64,000 bases of DNA, taken from Acidimicrobiia bacterium (GTDB lineage Bacteria; Actinomycetota; Acidimicrobiia; Spongiisociales; ZC4RG35). The DNA lies in contig DASVDX010000022.1 in NCBI GenBank assembly GCA_036380875.1, positions 15,753 through 79,752 on the forward strand. The letters run 5' to 3'. The notes beneath the pieces were generated by a model, which was not told where the DNA came from, ran no database searches, and saw only the letters and a program-made list of their open reading frames with translations. How positions within the stretch are numbered: position 1 is the stretch's first letter; each line of letters begins with the position of its first letter. The position numbers and the translations under genes were made by a program. This document shows, in pieces, positions 26,719 to 36,302 of the stretch.

Positions 26719-27885
26719 ATGGCGGCTCGGGTCAGGATTCCAACCGAAGACGGTTCGGCGATCGTCTACGAACTGGGCGAGCCGGTCGACTACCCCCGGC
26801 CGACGGCGCCCCTCACCAGTCGGCGCGCCTTTTCGGCGGTCCACGTCGTTGCCGACCCACTCGCCGAGAACAACGCCACCTCGGGAGCCAACATCGACTG
26901 GGACGCCACCTTGGCGTTCCGCCGCCACATCTGGTCGTGGGGCTTGTCCGTCGCCGATGCCATGGACACCGCCCAGCGGGGGATGGGGCTCGACTGGCCC
27001 GCCATCCAGGAACTTTGCCGCCGATCCGTCGCCGAGTCGAAGGCCGAGGGTGGTGACATCGCCTGTGGCATCAACACCGACCAGATCACCGAGCCGACTG
27101 CGTCGCTCGAGCAGATCATCGCCGCCTACCACGAGCAGTTGGACCTCGTCGAAGGGGAGGGCGGCCAGGCCGTGGTAATGGCCAGCCGCCATCTGGCCGC
27201 CGTCGCCCGGTCCCGGGAGGACTACGAGAGGGTGTACGCCGAGGTGCTGGCGGAGGCGCGCAGGCCGGTGATCATCCACTGGCTGGGCGACATGTTCGAC
27301 CCGCTCCTCGCCGGGTACTGGGGCTCAGAGGACCTCGACGTCGCCGCCGAGGCCTTCTTGGACATCCTCGCCGCCAACCGGGAGAAGATCGACGGCGTGA
27401 AGATCTCGCTCCTCGACAAGGACCGCGAGATCGAGTTGCGCCGGAGGCTCCCCGAGGGCCTGCGCATGTACACCGGCGACGACTTCAACTACCCCGAGCT
27501 GATCCGCGGCGACGGGACCCACCACAGCGATGCCTTCCTCGGAGCATTCGACGTGATCGCTCCCGCTGCTTCGGCCGCGATCCAGGCGCTCGACGCCGGG
27601 GAGGAAGAGCAGTTCGAGAAGATCCTGGCGCCGACGGTGCCGCTGGCCCGCCACGTCTTCGCGGCGCCCACCTTCTACTACAAGACGGGCGTCGTGTTCC
27701 AGGCGTACCTCAACGGTCTCCAGGACCACTTCCGGATGGTCTATGGGCTGGAGAGCGCCCGCTCGGTGGTCCACCTCGCCCGCCAGTTCGTGCTCGCCGA
27801 CCAGGCGGGGCTGCTCACCGACCCCGAGCTGGCGGCCCACCGCATGGCGCTGGTGCTCGAGCTCGCCGGATTCAGTCAGGACTGA
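26719..27885 (+). CDS. Hypothetical TIM-barrel-like protein (possibly DUF993 / DHDPS-like family)
   Basis: 388-aa ORF with high GC3 and no motif I can assign with certainty. It is the last gene of the SDR-crotonase-AroE-Alr operon. Confidence 0.55.
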   Translation: MAARVRIPTEDGSAIVYELGEPVDYPRPTAPLTSRRAFSAVHVVADPLAENNATSGANIDWDATLAFRRHIWSWGLSVADAMDTAQRGMGLDWPAIQELCRRSVAESKAEGGDIACGINTDQITEPTASLEQIIAAYHEQLDLVEGEGGQAVVMASRHLAAVARSREDYERVYAEVLAEARRPVIIHWLGDMFDPLLAGYWGSEDLDVAAEAFLDILAANREKIDGVKISLLDKDREIELRRRLPEGLRMYTGDDFNYPELIRGDGTHHSDAFLGAFDVIAPAASAAIQALDAGEEEQFEKILAPTVPLARHVFAAPTFYYKTGVVFQAYLNGLQDHFRMVYGLESARSVVHLARQFVLADQAGLLTDPELAAHRMALVLELAGFSQD

Positions 27886-27895
27886 CAGCTTCTCG

Positions 27896-28627
27896 TCAGG
27901 CGAGAGCGTCGAGCAGCATCTTCAGGGCGGACAGGGCCAGCACGCCCATGACGAGCCGGTTGAACACCGCCGGCGGGACACGGATCGCCAGCCGGGTGCC
28001 GAAGATCAGGACCGCGGTGGCGGCGACGGCGGCGACGATGCTGGCGACGATGGTGTCGGGGGTGTACATCCCGGCGGCGACGAATCCAACACCTTGGACG
28101 AGAGCGAACACCTGGAAGAGGGTCGAGATCGTGAACACGAACGCCCGGGGCGACACACCGAGAGCGTGGATGTAGGAGGCGAGGACGACCGACGACAGGC
28201 CGGTGGCACCCTGGAGCACCCCTCCCGCCAAGCCCACCGGCACGGCGGCCCACCGGGCCGTTTTGGGCGAGAGCTTCAGGTCGGGTCGGCGCCACTGGAC
28301 GAGGATGTAGGCGATCACCGTGACCGCCAGGATCACCCCAACGGTCGTCGTGTCGACGGTTGCCAATGCATAGACGCCGATAGGGGCCCCGATCGTCCCG
28401 GCGACGAGCATCGCCGGGAGGTTCTTTGCTTCCCGGGCGGCGTCTCGATAGGCCCACATCAGGTAGGTGTTGGTGACGATCGTCGACAACGTGACGATCA
28501 CCACGGCGTCCTGCGGACCGACGAACAGGGCGAGCACCGGGATGACGATCGGCGGCAAGCCCATTCCCGTGATCGATTTGATCAGTGCGCCGATGAGGAC
28601 GGCGACGCCGACGGCGAGGATCTCCAT
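27896..28627 (-). CDS. Sulfite exporter TauE/SafE family membrane protein
   Basis: About 243 aa with 7-8 hydrophobic helices and GxGGG-type motifs (SITGMGLPP, GGVLQGATG). Start placed at MEILAVGV; the upstream N-terminal extension is low-complexity. Confidence 0.75.
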   Translation of the reverse strand: MEILAVGVAVLIGALIKSITGMGLPPIVIPVLALFVGPQDAVVIVTLSTIVTNTYLMWAYRDAAREAKNLPAMLVAGTIGAPIGVYALATVDTTTVGVILAVTVIAYILVQWRRPDLKLSPKTARWAAVPVGLAGGVLQGATGLSSVVLASYIHALGVSPRAFVFTISTLFQVFALVQGVGFVAAGMYTPDTIVASIVAAVAATAVLIFGTRLAIRVPPAVFNRLVMGVLALSALKMLLDALA

Positions 28628-28960
28628 CACAGCGTCACCCGGCCATTCGATGCAGGCCGAGCCCGCGAGACTCCCGCCACGAACGTGTCGCGACGTCGAG
28701 GCGGGTGGACTCCTCGCCAGGCGGCTCGTACTCCGGCTTCTCGAGGAAGCACATATCCGCTCCATTCATGACAACGCAGATCGATGGCTCGGCCACCGGA
28801 AGATCTTCGAGCCAAGAGACTCGTACCGGCTCGGAGGGGGATGCAAATTCGACGCCCCGTCCCTTCCTGGTCGCCTCGTTGGGGGATCGATCGCTCTGAT
28901 CGCCGACGAAAGTCGAGCTCTTTCCGGACAGCGAAGCCCCGGCGGATTAGGGTCCTGGGC

Positions 28961-30016
28961 GTGACTTCCACAGCCCGCGACGCCAAGAACGACGGAATCA
29001 AGATCGCCTCGCTCCGGGACGTCGCCCGCACCGCAGGAGTCTCCGTGTCCACGGCCTCCCGGGTTCTGTCCGGGTCGTCCCACCCGGTGAGCGAACCGAC
29101 CCGACGACGTGTCCTCGAAGCGGCCGAGCGGCTCGGCTTCGAACCCAACCGGCTCGCCCGGGCCCTCGCCACCGCCCGGTCACGCACGATCGGTGTCGTC
29201 GTCCACGACGTCTCCGACCCGTACTACGCCGAGATCGTGCGCGGCTTGGAGGACGCCGCCGGGAGCCGGGACCATGCGCTCTTCGTCTCCAGCTCCGACC
29301 GCGACGTCGACAAGGAACTGGCGGTGATGAGGGCATTCGTCGCCAACCAGGTCGATGCGATCGTGCTGGTCGCTTCGGCCATCGACGACCCCCGCTACCT
29401 GGCGGAGGCTACGGCCATCCTCGACCGGTTCCGGGCGCTCGGCGGGGTGGTCGTGACGTTGTCGGAGCATGGGTACACCGCACCCCGGGTCGGGTACGGG
29501 AATCGAGAGGGCACGCAGCTGCTCGTCACCCACCTGCTCGATCTGGGCCACACCCGCATCGGCTACATCACCGGGCCGCCCTATTTGATGGTCACGAAGG
29601 CGCGCCGCAGCGGATACGAGACGGCCATGACCGAGCGGGGCCTGCGAGTCGATCCGGAACTGGTCATCGCCGGGGACTTCACGATCGAAGGCGGTGCGAG
29701 AGCGGCCGAGAAGCTGATGGCGGCGAATCCGACCGCCATCGTGGCCGCCAACGACATGATGGCGATCGGGGCGATCAGGTACCTGCTCGACCAAGGGAGC
29801 CGGGTCCCGGACGAGGTGTCGGTGGCAGGGTTCGACGACATCGAGTTCGCCGCTTACGCCGCGGTACCCCTCACCACCGTCCACGTGCCTCTGGGCGAGC
29901 TCGGACAGGTCGGGGGCCGGCTCGTGCTGGACCTCCTCGAAGGGAACCCGCCGGAGCAGTGGCCGCGGATCGACTTCCAATTGGTGATCCGCGAGTCGAC
30001 CGCGCCGCCCCGGTGA
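28961..30016 (+). CDS. LacI-family transcriptional regulator
   Basis: HTH IASLRDVARTAGVSVSTASRVLSG followed by a periplasmic-binding-protein-like effector domain. GTG start chosen about 10 aa before the HTH, so the start is uncertain. Confidence 0.75.
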   Translation: MTSTARDAKNDGIKIASLRDVARTAGVSVSTASRVLSGSSHPVSEPTRRRVLEAAERLGFEPNRLARALATARSRTIGVVVHDVSDPYYAEIVRGLEDAAGSRDHALFVSSSDRDVDKELAVMRAFVANQVDAIVLVASAIDDPRYLAEATAILDRFRALGGVVVTLSEHGYTAPRVGYGNREGTQLLVTHLLDLGHTRIGYITGPPYLMVTKARRSGYETAMTERGLRVDPELVIAGDFTIEGGARAAEKLMAANPTAIVAANDMMAIGAIRYLLDQGSRVPDEVSVAGFDDIEFAAYAAVPLTTVHVPLGELGQVGGRLVLDLLEGNPPEQWPRIDFQLVIRESTAPPR

Positions 30017-30032
30017 GAATCCCGGGCCGCCC

Positions 30033-31055
30033 CTAATCCCAGTCGAGCCAGGCCGGGAGCCGGTTGCGTTCGCGCAGGGTGCCGACGATCCCCAGCGGGA
30101 AGAACAGGAGCGTGACGACGAGGAGCAGGCCGGTCACGGCCAGGTTGAGCTCGGTCTGACCGAGGAGGGACACCGATGCCTCGTCGATGGCGATGATCAG
30201 GACGGCGCCGATGACAGGCCCCGCCACCGTGCCCCGGCCGCCGACGATCGACATCAGCACCATCCGGGCGGCCACGGAGATGATGAGGAAGATCACCGGG
30301 CGCAGGTACGACAGGTTGTAGCCCCACAGCGCTCCCACCACACCGGGGAAGAAGGCGCTGATCGAGAAGGCCATGACCTTGTACAGGCGGGTGTTGATGC
30401 CGGCCATCTCCGCCTTCACCTCGTCGGAGGCGATGGCGCGCAACGCCAGCCCGAACTTCGAATGCTGCACCCGATGACCGAGGATCACCGCACCGACCGC
30501 CGCCACCAGCATGGCGTAGTAGAACGGCACCTTCAGCCAGGACGGGTCGAACCCGGGCAAGGGGAGGCTGAGGCCGTTGGATCCGCCGAGATAACTCCAG
30601 TTGTCCATGAGAAGCGACACGACGAGCAGCAAAGCCACGGTTGAGATGATGAAGGACGTGCCGTGCGCCCGGTAGGTGATCAGGCCGGCCACGAGGCCGA
30701 GGGCCATGGCCACCAGACCCGCCAGCGGGGCGGTGGCGAACGGAGACCAGCCGAGCTCGAGGAGGAGCATGCCGGCTACGTATCCGCCTACGGCGAAGAA
30801 CACGTTGTGCCCGAGCGAGATGTAGCCCGTGTAGCCGCCGAGGATGTTCCAGCTCGAGGCCAGGGCGATCCACATCAGCGCGATCATTCCGAGCTGGAGC
30901 ACGTAGTTGTACGAGCCGAGGAAGCGGGCGAAGGGCAAGGCGATCGCGAGTGCCAGCACGGCTCCCAGCACCCACCACCGGCTGGGCCGCGGGATGTGCT
31001 CCTCTGTGGCGGCGGGAGCGCTGGCTTCGTCGACAGTGCGGACGTCTGTCATCAC
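30033..31055 (-). CDS. Branched-chain amino acid-type ABC transporter permease (LivM-like)
   Basis: Hydrophobic 340-aa protein with LivM signatures (ALSWNILGGYTGYISLGH). Confidence 0.8.
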   Translation of the reverse strand: MMTDVRTVDEASAPAATEEHIPRPSRWWVLGAVLALAIALPFARFLGSYNYVLQLGMIALMWIALASSWNILGGYTGYISLGHNVFFAVGGYVAGMLLLELGWSPFATAPLAGLVAMALGLVAGLITYRAHGTSFIISTVALLLVVSLLMDNWSYLGGSNGLSLPLPGFDPSWLKVPFYYAMLVAAVGAVILGHRVQHSKFGLALRAIASDEVKAEMAGINTRLYKVMAFSISAFFPGVVGALWGYNLSYLRPVIFLIISVAARMVLMSIVGGRGTVAGPVIGAVLIIAIDEASVSLLGQTELNLAVTGLLLVVTLLFFPLGIVGTLRERNRLPAWLDWD

Positions 31056-31927
31056 GCTCTCGCTTTCTTGCCGAACAGGCCTTCAGGCTTGACCATCAAG
31101 ACCACGAACAGGGCGCCGAAGAAGGTGATCGGGGCCCACACCGCACCCACGTGGGTGCTGACGAACGACGAGATGACGGCCAGGCCCAGGGCGCCGATGA
31201 CCGCACCCTTCAGGCTGCCCATTCCTCCCAGGACCACGAGCGCCAAGAGGATGGCGATCCACTGCCAGTGGCGGGAGGGATAGAAGGGGAAGATGAAGCT
31301 GATCAGGGCACCCGCCGCCCCGGCCAGAGCCATCCCGAGCCCGAACGCCACCGTCGAGACTCGCCGCACGTCCACTCCGACGAGCTGGGCGGCGTCGCGG
31401 TTCTGCATCGTCGCCCGCACGCCGTAGCCCGTCCGGGTGTACTTGAGGAACGCCCACAGGGCGACGAGGAACACGATGCTGGTGATGGCGGCGTAGAACT
31501 GGGCGGTGGGGACGTACAGATCGCCCAACAGGATGGCGTCCTGGGCGTAGGACGGTTTCGTCTGGCGGAAGATGCCGGTGAAGAAATGGGACATCACGCC
31601 TTCGGCGATGAAGGCGAATCCGAACGTCATCAGCACCGTCATCTCGGTGAAGCGCGGGGAGCCCTCGATCCGAGGGAAGACCAGCCGGTACAGCACCATT
31701 CCGAACACGAAGAACACCGGCACGGTGATGACGAGCGATACCAGCGGGTCGATCCCCAGCCCTTCCCACAGGAAGAAGCTCAGGAACGACGCCAGGACGA
31801 TGAAGGCGGCGTGAGCCAGGTTGACGACCCGCATGACACCGAACAGGAGCGTGAGACCCGACGCCATCAGGGCGTAGACGCCTCCCAGCAGGAGACCGAG
31901 GATGAGGACCTGGATGGAGTTGGTCAT
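31052..31927 (-). CDS. Branched-chain amino acid-type ABC transporter permease (LivH-like)
   Basis: 291 aa with the LivH signature GVMRVVNLAHAAF. Trimmed from the long track ORF to the MTNSIQVL start. Confidence 0.8.
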   Translation of the reverse strand: MTNSIQVLILGLLLGGVYALMASGLTLLFGVMRVVNLAHAAFIVLASFLSFFLWEGLGIDPLVSLVITVPVFFVFGMVLYRLVFPRIEGSPRFTEMTVLMTFGFAFIAEGVMSHFFTGIFRQTKPSYAQDAILLGDLYVPTAQFYAAITSIVFLVALWAFLKYTRTGYGVRATMQNRDAAQLVGVDVRRVSTVAFGLGMALAGAAGALISFIFPFYPSRHWQWIAILLALVVLGGMGSLKGAVIGALGLAVISSFVSTHVGAVWAPITFFGALFVVLMVKPEGLFGKKARA

Positions 31928-32676
31928 GACGTCTCCTCCGACTCCTTGGCGGCTTCGGCCAGTGACCCGAGGTACAGGTCGCGGATCCGTGGGTCGTCGA
32001 GGATCTCGTCGGCGGAGCCTTCGAATCGGCACGTGCCCAGGTCGAGGACGAAGGCCCAGTCGGCAACGTCGAGGCCTTTCTTCACGTTCTGCTCGATCAG
32101 AAGCACGGTGATGCCCATCTCGCTCGTGAGCGACCGGATGATGTCGAAGATCTGGCTGGAGACCTGGGGGGCGAGGCCGAGGCTGGGCTCGTCGATCATC
32201 ATCAGCCGCGGCTGGATCATGAGAGCGCGTGCCATGACGAGCATCTGTTGTTCGCCGCCCGACATCGTCTGGGCGAGCTGGGACGCGCGCTCGGCGAGCC
32301 GGGGGAACCGGTCCATGAGCTCGTCCACCCGCTGTTCGACCAGCTTCCTGTCGCGGAGCAGGAATCCGCCCATCACCAGGTTCTCGCGGACCGTCATCTG
32401 CGGGAAGATCGTGCGGTCTTGGGGGACGAAACACACCCCGGCGGCGAGCACCTGGTCGGGTCGTCGTCCGGCGATGCTCTGGCCGTCGAAGACGATGCCG
32501 CCGTCGCGGGGCGTGAGCAGCCCGGCGATTGTCTTCAGGAGGGTCGACTTGCCGGCGCCGTTGGGGCCGATGATGCAGTACGTGCGGCCCTCTTCGACGT
32601 CTATCGAGATGTCGGTGAGGATGTCGGGGCCGGCCCCGTACCCGGCGCGGACGTTGCGGACTTCGAGCAGCGCCAT
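31924..32676 (-). CDS. ABC transporter ATP-binding protein (LivF-like)
   Basis: GPNGAGKSTLL, MSGGEQQML and MIDEPSLGLAP motifs. 1-nt TGATG overlap with livG-like. Confidence 0.85.
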   Translation of the reverse strand: MALLEVRNVRAGYGAGPDILTDISIDVEEGRTYCIIGPNGAGKSTLLKTIAGLLTPRDGGIVFDGQSIAGRRPDQVLAAGVCFVPQDRTIFPQMTVRENLVMGGFLLRDRKLVEQRVDELMDRFPRLAERASQLAQTMSGGEQQMLVMARALMIQPRLMMIDEPSLGLAPQVSSQIFDIIRSLTSEMGITVLLIEQNVKKGLDVADWAFVLDLGTCRFEGSADEILDDPRIRDLYLGSLAEAAKESEETS

Positions 32677-33410
32677 CAGACGTCCCCCAGATAGGCGTCG
32701 AGGACACGCTGGTCTTCTCGCACTTCGGCGGGGCTGCCCTGGAGGATGACCTGGCCGTGCGCCATCACGATGATCGAATGGCTCAGGCGCATGACCACGT
32801 CCATGTTGTGCTCGACGATCAGGAACGTCGTGCCTTGGCGATTGATCTCCTCGATCCGGTCCATGATCCGCTCGAGGAGAGCGGGGTTCACGCCGCCGGC
32901 GGGCTCGTCGAGAAGCACGAGCCGCGGGTCGGTCATCAGGACCGATGCGAACTCCAAGAGCTTTCGCTGGCCGTAGGAGAGGCGCTTGGCCGGCTGGTGG
33001 GCGAGGCGATCGATGCCCACGAAGCGCAGCAGGTCCATCGCCTTCTCCCGCTCGGCAGGGTCGATCCTCTTGCCGAGCAGCGCCTTGAGGCTGTTGGGGA
33101 CCCGGGAGATGACCATGTTCTCGAGGACGGTCATGTCTCCGAGTTCCCGGGTGATCTGAAACGTGCGGCCGATGCCGGCCTTGTTGATCACATGGGACAT
33201 CAGCCCGGTGATGTCCTGCCCGTCGAACGTGATTCGGCCGCTGTCCGGCACCACTACTCCGCAGATCGTGTCGAATGCGGTTGTCTTGCCGGCGCCATTG
33301 GGGCCGATGAGGGCGGTGATGGTGCCTTCTTCCACGTCGAAGGAAGCGTGATTGACGGCGACGATCCCGCCGTAGGACTTCACAACGTCGCGGACTTCGA
33401 GAAGGGCCAT
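32676..33410 (-). CDS. ABC transporter ATP-binding protein (LivG-like)
   Basis: GPNGAGKTT, LSYGQRKLLE and LLDEPAGG motifs. Confidence 0.85.
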   Translation of the reverse strand: MALLEVRDVVKSYGGIVAVNHASFDVEEGTITALIGPNGAGKTTAFDTICGVVVPDSGRITFDGQDITGLMSHVINKAGIGRTFQITRELGDMTVLENMVISRVPNSLKALLGKRIDPAEREKAMDLLRFVGIDRLAHQPAKRLSYGQRKLLEFASVLMTDPRLVLLDEPAGGVNPALLERIMDRIEEINRQGTTFLIVEHNMDVVMRLSHSIIVMAHGQVILQGSPAEVREDQRVLDAYLGDV

Positions 33411-33451
33411 CAGGTGGGGGTCTTAGGGAGTCGGGCCATCTTATGGGAGGT

Positions 33452-33478
33452 GGGGGGACCTGGCTGGCGGGTCCCCCC
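33452..33478. terminator. Hairpin (9-bp stem GGGGGGACC / GGTCCCCCC, 9-nt loop) between the Liv-type SBP and livG-like genes
   Basis: Inverted repeat in the 82-bp intergenic gap downstream of the SBP gene. Confidence 0.45.
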
Positions 33479-33492
33479 ATTCATCTGAGTCT

Positions 33493-34899
33493 CTACCACT
33501 CGGGCTTCGGGTGGATGAGATCCACCGTGCCTTCGAACTCGCCGACCGGGAAGACGAACTCCAACTCGCCGTTCTGCCACTGGTTGACGAGGAAGCTCTT
33601 CCCCTCGGGGAGGCCCTTCTCGTCCCAGACGAAGTCGCCGAGGATCGTGCGCACCGGCTCTTCGGGCGTGCGGGAGTGCATCCATTCGCTCAGCTCGAGG
33701 TTGTCGGTGGTGCCGGTGGCCCGGATGGCTTGCTCGACGCCCTGGCACACGGCGAAGGGGATCGCCTCGTCCTCGTCCGGCGCGGTGCCCTTGGCTTCCG
33801 TGTAGTTGTTCACGAAGTCGGCGTTCGTGTAGGGCTCTCCCGCGAGCTCGCCCTCGAAGTTGGCGAGCGGGCTCCACACCGAGTGGATCAGGATGCCTTC
33901 GGCAGCGTCACCCAGTGCCTCCTGGAACTCGGACTGGGCGCCCTGGGCGGTGTAGAGGACATCGGGGTTGTAGCCGATGGTCTGCAGCGCCTGGACCAGG
34001 GCGATGACCTCGTCGACCGATGCGCTGGACACGATGAGCATGTCGGCGTCGGCGGTGCGGATCGAGTTCGCGAGCGTGATCCAGTCGGTGTAGCCGACGG
34101 GCCAGACCTCCTCGAGGACCAACTCGATGTCGTTGTCGGCGAGGAAGCCGGGCGCCAGCGAGATGACCTCTCCGGTGTCGGGGATCTCCACCTCTCCGCC
34201 GACGAGGCCCGTGGCGATCGAGGCGGCGAAGAAGTCGTCGGCGTACACGACCGCCGCCGTCTGCGGCATCTCTCCCACGATCCCCTGCTCGTTGTAGTGA
34301 GCGAGGGTGTCGAGGATCGCCTTGCCGGTGTACTCGCCGGGCAGGGCCTGGAAGTAGAAGATGTGGTTGTACCCGCGCTCCCACACCCGCAGGGCGGCCG
34401 ACGACGGCATCGGGTAGATCATGTTGTTCTGCTCCGCCACCGTCGAGGCGGGGAAGCCGAGGAGGCTGGAGAAAGTCCCGAGCAGCACGTCGGCCTGCTC
34501 GACGTTGATGAACCGCTCCATCTGCGTGACGATCACCTCGGTGTCCGAGCGGTTGTCCTCCACCAGCAATTCCACCGGCCGGCCGAGGATGCCACCCCGG
34601 GCGTTGATTTCGTCCACGCAGAACTGGTAGCCGTCGCGGTGCTTGGCGCCGGTGATCGAGAACTCGCCCGTCAGAGGCAGCGACGAGGCGAACACGATCG
34701 GGTCGCCTTCCGGCGCCTCGCCTCCGGTGGTCTCGGTCGTTTCGCCACCGGTGGTCGCCGGAGCCGTTGGCTCGGTGGCCCCTTCGGTGGTGGGGGTGGT
34801 GTCGGCGCCGGCCGTGGTCGTACTCGCCCCGTCGCCGCCACAGGCAGCGAGGATCAGGGCGAGCGCTGCCACCAGCGCTGTCCATCTGAGTCTCCTCAT
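33493..34899 (-). CDS. Liv-type (branched-chain amino acid/amide) ABC transporter substrate-binding lipoprotein
   Basis: Lipobox LILAACGGDG, a T/A/P/E-rich linker ending EAPEGDP, then a PBP type I fold. Start at MRRLRW with RBS GAGGAGA. Confidence 0.8.
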   Translation of the reverse strand: MRRLRWTALVAALALILAACGGDGASTTTAGADTTPTTEGATEPTAPATTGGETTETTGGEAPEGDPIVFASSLPLTGEFSITGAKHRDGYQFCVDEINARGGILGRPVELLVEDNRSDTEVIVTQMERFINVEQADVLLGTFSSLLGFPASTVAEQNNMIYPMPSSAALRVWERGYNHIFYFQALPGEYTGKAILDTLAHYNEQGIVGEMPQTAAVVYADDFFAASIATGLVGGEVEIPDTGEVISLAPGFLADNDIELVLEEVWPVGYTDWITLANSIRTADADMLIVSSASVDEVIALVQALQTIGYNPDVLYTAQGAQSEFQEALGDAAEGILIHSVWSPLANFEGELAGEPYTNADFVNNYTEAKGTAPDEDEAIPFAVCQGVEQAIRATGTTDNLELSEWMHSRTPEEPVRTILGDFVWDEKGLPEGKSFLVNQWQNGELEFVFPVGEFEGTVDLIHPKPEW

Positions 34900-35014
34900 C
34901 GAGGTTCTCCTCACGTCGGTGTCCTCCTCTTCGGTCGGCACAGAAGCGGCCCCGGTCGGCCCGCCCCTGCGTCAACCGGTTTCCATGCTACGCCCTAGAT
35001 CTGCAACCGGCCAT

Positions 35015-35028
35015 CACAAACGATTGCG
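35015..35028. promoter_or_regulatory. LacI-type operator-like site CACAAACGATTGCG upstream of Liv-type operon 1 (minus strand)
   Basis: Half-site CACAAA/ATTGCG also occurs at 36231 and 51745. An adjacent AT-rich palindrome GCAATATTTGC lies at about 35038-35048. Confidence 0.45.
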
Positions 35029-35079
35029 ACGAAGGCGCCGCAATATTTGCACGTCTGCGGTCTTCGCGCCAAAGAAGGA

Positions 35080-36108
35080 TCAAACGGCCGACCGGGGCGG
35101 GGCGGTGGACCCGCGGACCACGAGGGTGGGCGTGAGCAGCTTCGTGCCCTTGTGGTACTCGGTGCCGGCGATCATGGCCAGGAGGGTCGACGCCGCCTCG
35201 GCTCCCATCTGGCGGTGCGGCACTCGCACCGCCGTCATCGGCGGCTGCATGAGATCGAGGAGCGGGATGTCGTTGTAGCCGGTCACCGAGATGTCAGGGC
35301 CGACTTCCTTGCCCAACGACCGGATCGTCCGATAGCACCCCAGGGCCAGGAGGTCGTTGGCAGCGACGATGGCCGTCATGTCCGGATGGCGATCCAAGAG
35401 CGCTGCCGAGGCGTTGGCGCCCGGTTCGACTTGGTACCACTCCGCCTCTTCGATCACATCGGGCCCGGCGTCGAGGCCGTGGCGCTCCATGGCTGCCACG
35501 AAGGCGTCGCGGCGGCCGATGCCGGTAGACACCCACGAGGGCCCGGCGACGTGGCCGATGCGCCGGTGACCCAGGGACACCAGGTGGTCGACGGCGAGAG
35601 CGATGCCGGCATGGTCGTCGCCTACGATCGCCGGGACGTCGCCTTTGTCGACGGTGCGGTTGACGAGGACGATGGGAATCCCCTGCGAGCCGGCCATCGC
35701 CATCTGACCGTCGTCGCGGGTGGCGGTGGCGAGGATCAGGCCGTCCACGTGCCGTTCGATCATGTCCTCGATCACCGCCTCGGCGTGTTCCACGCCGCGA
35801 TCGGCGTTGCCGATCAGGAGCGAATAGCCATCCTCGACGAGGACGGATTCGGCGCCCGCCACGATCGGGCCGAACAGCGGGTTCTCGACATCGGGGATGA
35901 CCATCCCGATGGACATCGTCTGGTTGGTGCGCAGACCCCGGGCGAGCGGGTGCGGCCGATACCCCAGTCGCTCAGCAGCTTCGACGACCCGCTTCAGCGT
36001 CTCCGGGTTGACCACCGAAGACGTGGCAGGGTTGAGCGCCCGTGAGGCGGTGGAAACATGGACCCCGGCCTCGCGGGCAACATCTTTGAGTGTGGGTCGG
36101 CCGTTCAC
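35080..36108 (-). CDS. LacI-family transcriptional regulator
   Basis: HTH PTLKDVAREAGVHVSTASRALN followed by a sugar-binding domain. GTG start; the upstream part of the track ORF was rejected. Confidence 0.75.
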   Translation of the reverse strand: MNGRPTLKDVAREAGVHVSTASRALNPATSSVVNPETLKRVVEAAERLGYRPHPLARGLRTNQTMSIGMVIPDVENPLFGPIVAGAESVLVEDGYSLLIGNADRGVEHAEAVIEDMIERHVDGLILATATRDDGQMAMAGSQGIPIVLVNRTVDKGDVPAIVGDDHAGIALAVDHLVSLGHRRIGHVAGPSWVSTGIGRRDAFVAAMERHGLDAGPDVIEEAEWYQVEPGANASAALLDRHPDMTAIVAANDLLALGCYRTIRSLGKEVGPDISVTGYNDIPLLDLMQPPMTAVRVPHRQMGAEAASTLLAMIAGTEYHKGTKLLTPTLVVRGSTAPPRSAV

Positions 36109-36230
36109 GTTTTTCCAACATAATGCGCAGTGTCTGACGCGCGGCGTCAAGCAGCACTCGAGCGCACAATCGAAACTGCCGCAGGTGCCGATATCGAAAA
36201 CTTTGCGCTCGTCGTGAAAAAACACGATAC

Positions 36231-36244
36231 TACAAACGATTGCG
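36231..36244. promoter_or_regulatory. LacI-type operator-like site TACAAACGATTGCG in the divergent region between the LacI gene (35080-36108) and the HIBADH/SSADH/RidA operon
   Basis: Near-identical to the 35015 site. Confidence 0.45.
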
Positions 36245-36302
36245 TCGACGGGGTCGGCCAGACCGTTGGTTTGTTCGACGAGACGAGAGGAGTGAGGTCT
36301 CG

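Noticed and set aside
28705-28899. 64-aa ORF in the TauE/LacI intergenic region
   Set aside because: Poor GC3 bias, low-complexity Ser/Thr/Gly sequence, no RBS.
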